DNA of 64,000 nucleotides from Psammoneis japonica (Eukaryota): the NCBI GenBank assembly GCA_008632985.1, contig QPGO01000039.1:434001-498000 (forward strand), written 5' to 3'. The notes beneath the pieces were generated by a model. It searched no databases and was not told the DNA's origin. It was given only the letters and a program-made list of their open reading frames with translations. This document shows, one piece after another, positions 62,569 to 64,000 of the stretch. Within the stretch, counting starts at the first letter, position 1; every line of letters begins with the position of its first letter. Both the position numbers and the translations under genes were made by a program.

Positions 62569-64000
62569 TCAGTCGGTGGCGAGGATAATCTGAAGGACAC
62601 CTTTCTTAAAACTCCAGTGGGGCAGAACCATCGAACAGGCAACAGTTGCAGTCATTTGAACACTGCACTGCTCTGCATGAAACGGGGCGTTTGCATGTGC
62701 TGCCCGTCCATCAGGTTGACAAATCCCAAATTCGGTGGCACAGCATCCTGCACCTGCAAGCTCGTTGGGATAAACGTCGAACCTCCACTCGTGAATGTCG
62801 TTGATCCTCATTTTCCCGCCCACCACACACTCATGTCCTTCATCATTGTGCCCGTCTCGCCAAACTTCAAAATTCACACCAACTCGGGCTCCTGTCCACT
62901 TTCCGATAGAGTGTCTGATGTGAATCCACCATCACAGCCTTTGAATGATTCAATCTCAAGTCCCTGGCCTGTCAATGGTGCCCGTTTCAGAGCCAATTTG
63001 GGAGGGCAGAAAAAGTCTTCACATCTGTGCCTGGTGATCTGTGAATCCGCAAAGGCGCACCCAATGGCCTGATGGCTTTCATTTCCAGGAAAGGACAGTC
63101 CACTGGGCATGCATCGCCTGCTCCATTGCCATCAGTGTCAGCCTGATCAGCATTGCGAATAAACGAGCAGTTGTCAATGTAATCGGGAACACCATCACCA
63201 TCAGTGTCACCATTGGAGTCTGCCTGCAAATCCAACATCAACCAACTCATCGAATTGAAACACCCATGCTCTCTAAAAAGCAGCTTTCCATCAAAGAATG
63301 GGTGTTGAGTCGCGAGTCCATCTTCGTTCACTGTGTTGCCGACACTCGCATCCTTCGTCGCCATTCCAGTGGCACCTTTCACCGGATCGTGCACCCACAC
63401 ACTGGATTGGAATCCGGCAGCACCAGCAAACCCAACAAAATGGTTGAAGATCAACTTTCCATCAGAGGCAGACAGACAGCAAATTCGTGAATGCTTGCCA
63501 TTGTTGCCGACATTCTTAATCATCTCAAGAGTGTCTTTGATGGGATCGCACACGAAAAGTGATCTTCCGCATGTTTTGTCTTGAGCGATGAAATGCAGCT
63601 TGCCATTCAACAGTGCAAGCCCTTCTGACCATGGCGGCACAGGGAATGGTTTGTAGCTGGCCAATGCCCGAGTTGAGCCGCTAGTTGGATCGTGCATCCA
63701 GAGGTCACGGAATCGCGAGTGGGTGCTGTTGCTGGATTTGAAGTGCAGCTTTCCATCGAGTGAAGTCATTGACCTCACAAATGCCAAATTTTGCTTCACC
63801 AACGTTGTTCTGGTTTTGTCCAAGTTGTGCGCAAAGACCTCTTCAGATCCACAAGCACCATCTTTGAAATGCAAGGTTCTGTCTGCTGGTGTTAAACTTT
63901 CAAAGCCAGTCTCCGTCTTTTTTGACCGAAACACCTTTTTGATTCTGACGGGTTCCAGCCCCAGGTGGGACTCCGTGTGACATTGGGCCCGTAGAATTCT
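62569..64000 (-). pseudogene. TpA-mutated gene with ELWxxDG-like propeller repeats and thrombospondin type-3 repeats (block 4; 5' end likely outside window)
   Basis: GKLHF...DLWMHDP, GKLHF..SLFVCDP, VWVHDP (Tyr->His/Cys of LYF/WxYDP); DTDGDGVPDYIDNC...NADQADTDGNGAGDAC; frameshift; TA rare, CG retained. Confidence 0.75.

Overview
Eukaryotic nuclear DNA, almost certainly from a diatom (silicanin-1-like gene, DUF6824 protein, bipartite plastid-targeted proteins). Ordinary gene-rich islands encode ArgRS, three 37-aa-repeat RAP proteins, a Sin1-like protein, a nucleoside hydrolase, a mitochondrial ferredoxin, a GST, an L-lectin and an importin-beta-family protein. They alternate with sharply bounded blocks (~1.1-15.4 kb, ~27.7-29.1 kb, ~42.5-59.0 kb, ~62.6-64 kb) of transposon and gene relics in which TpA is nearly absent and often CpG too. 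Internal comparisons show systematic TpA->TpG/CpA (A:T->G:C) substitution on both strands, separable from ordinary CpG decay. These comparisons are an intact lectin locus against its decayed copy, the two LTRs of one Ty3/gypsy element, and a 4x128-bp tandem array. This looks like a region-restricted, RIP-like, adenine-directed hypermutation process and is the main finding. Most short Cys/His-rich, Tyr-free ORFs in the track are by-products of it. Several housekeeping genes carry frameshifts that are probably assembly indels. All family calls are from motif recognition by eye; no searches or counts were run.
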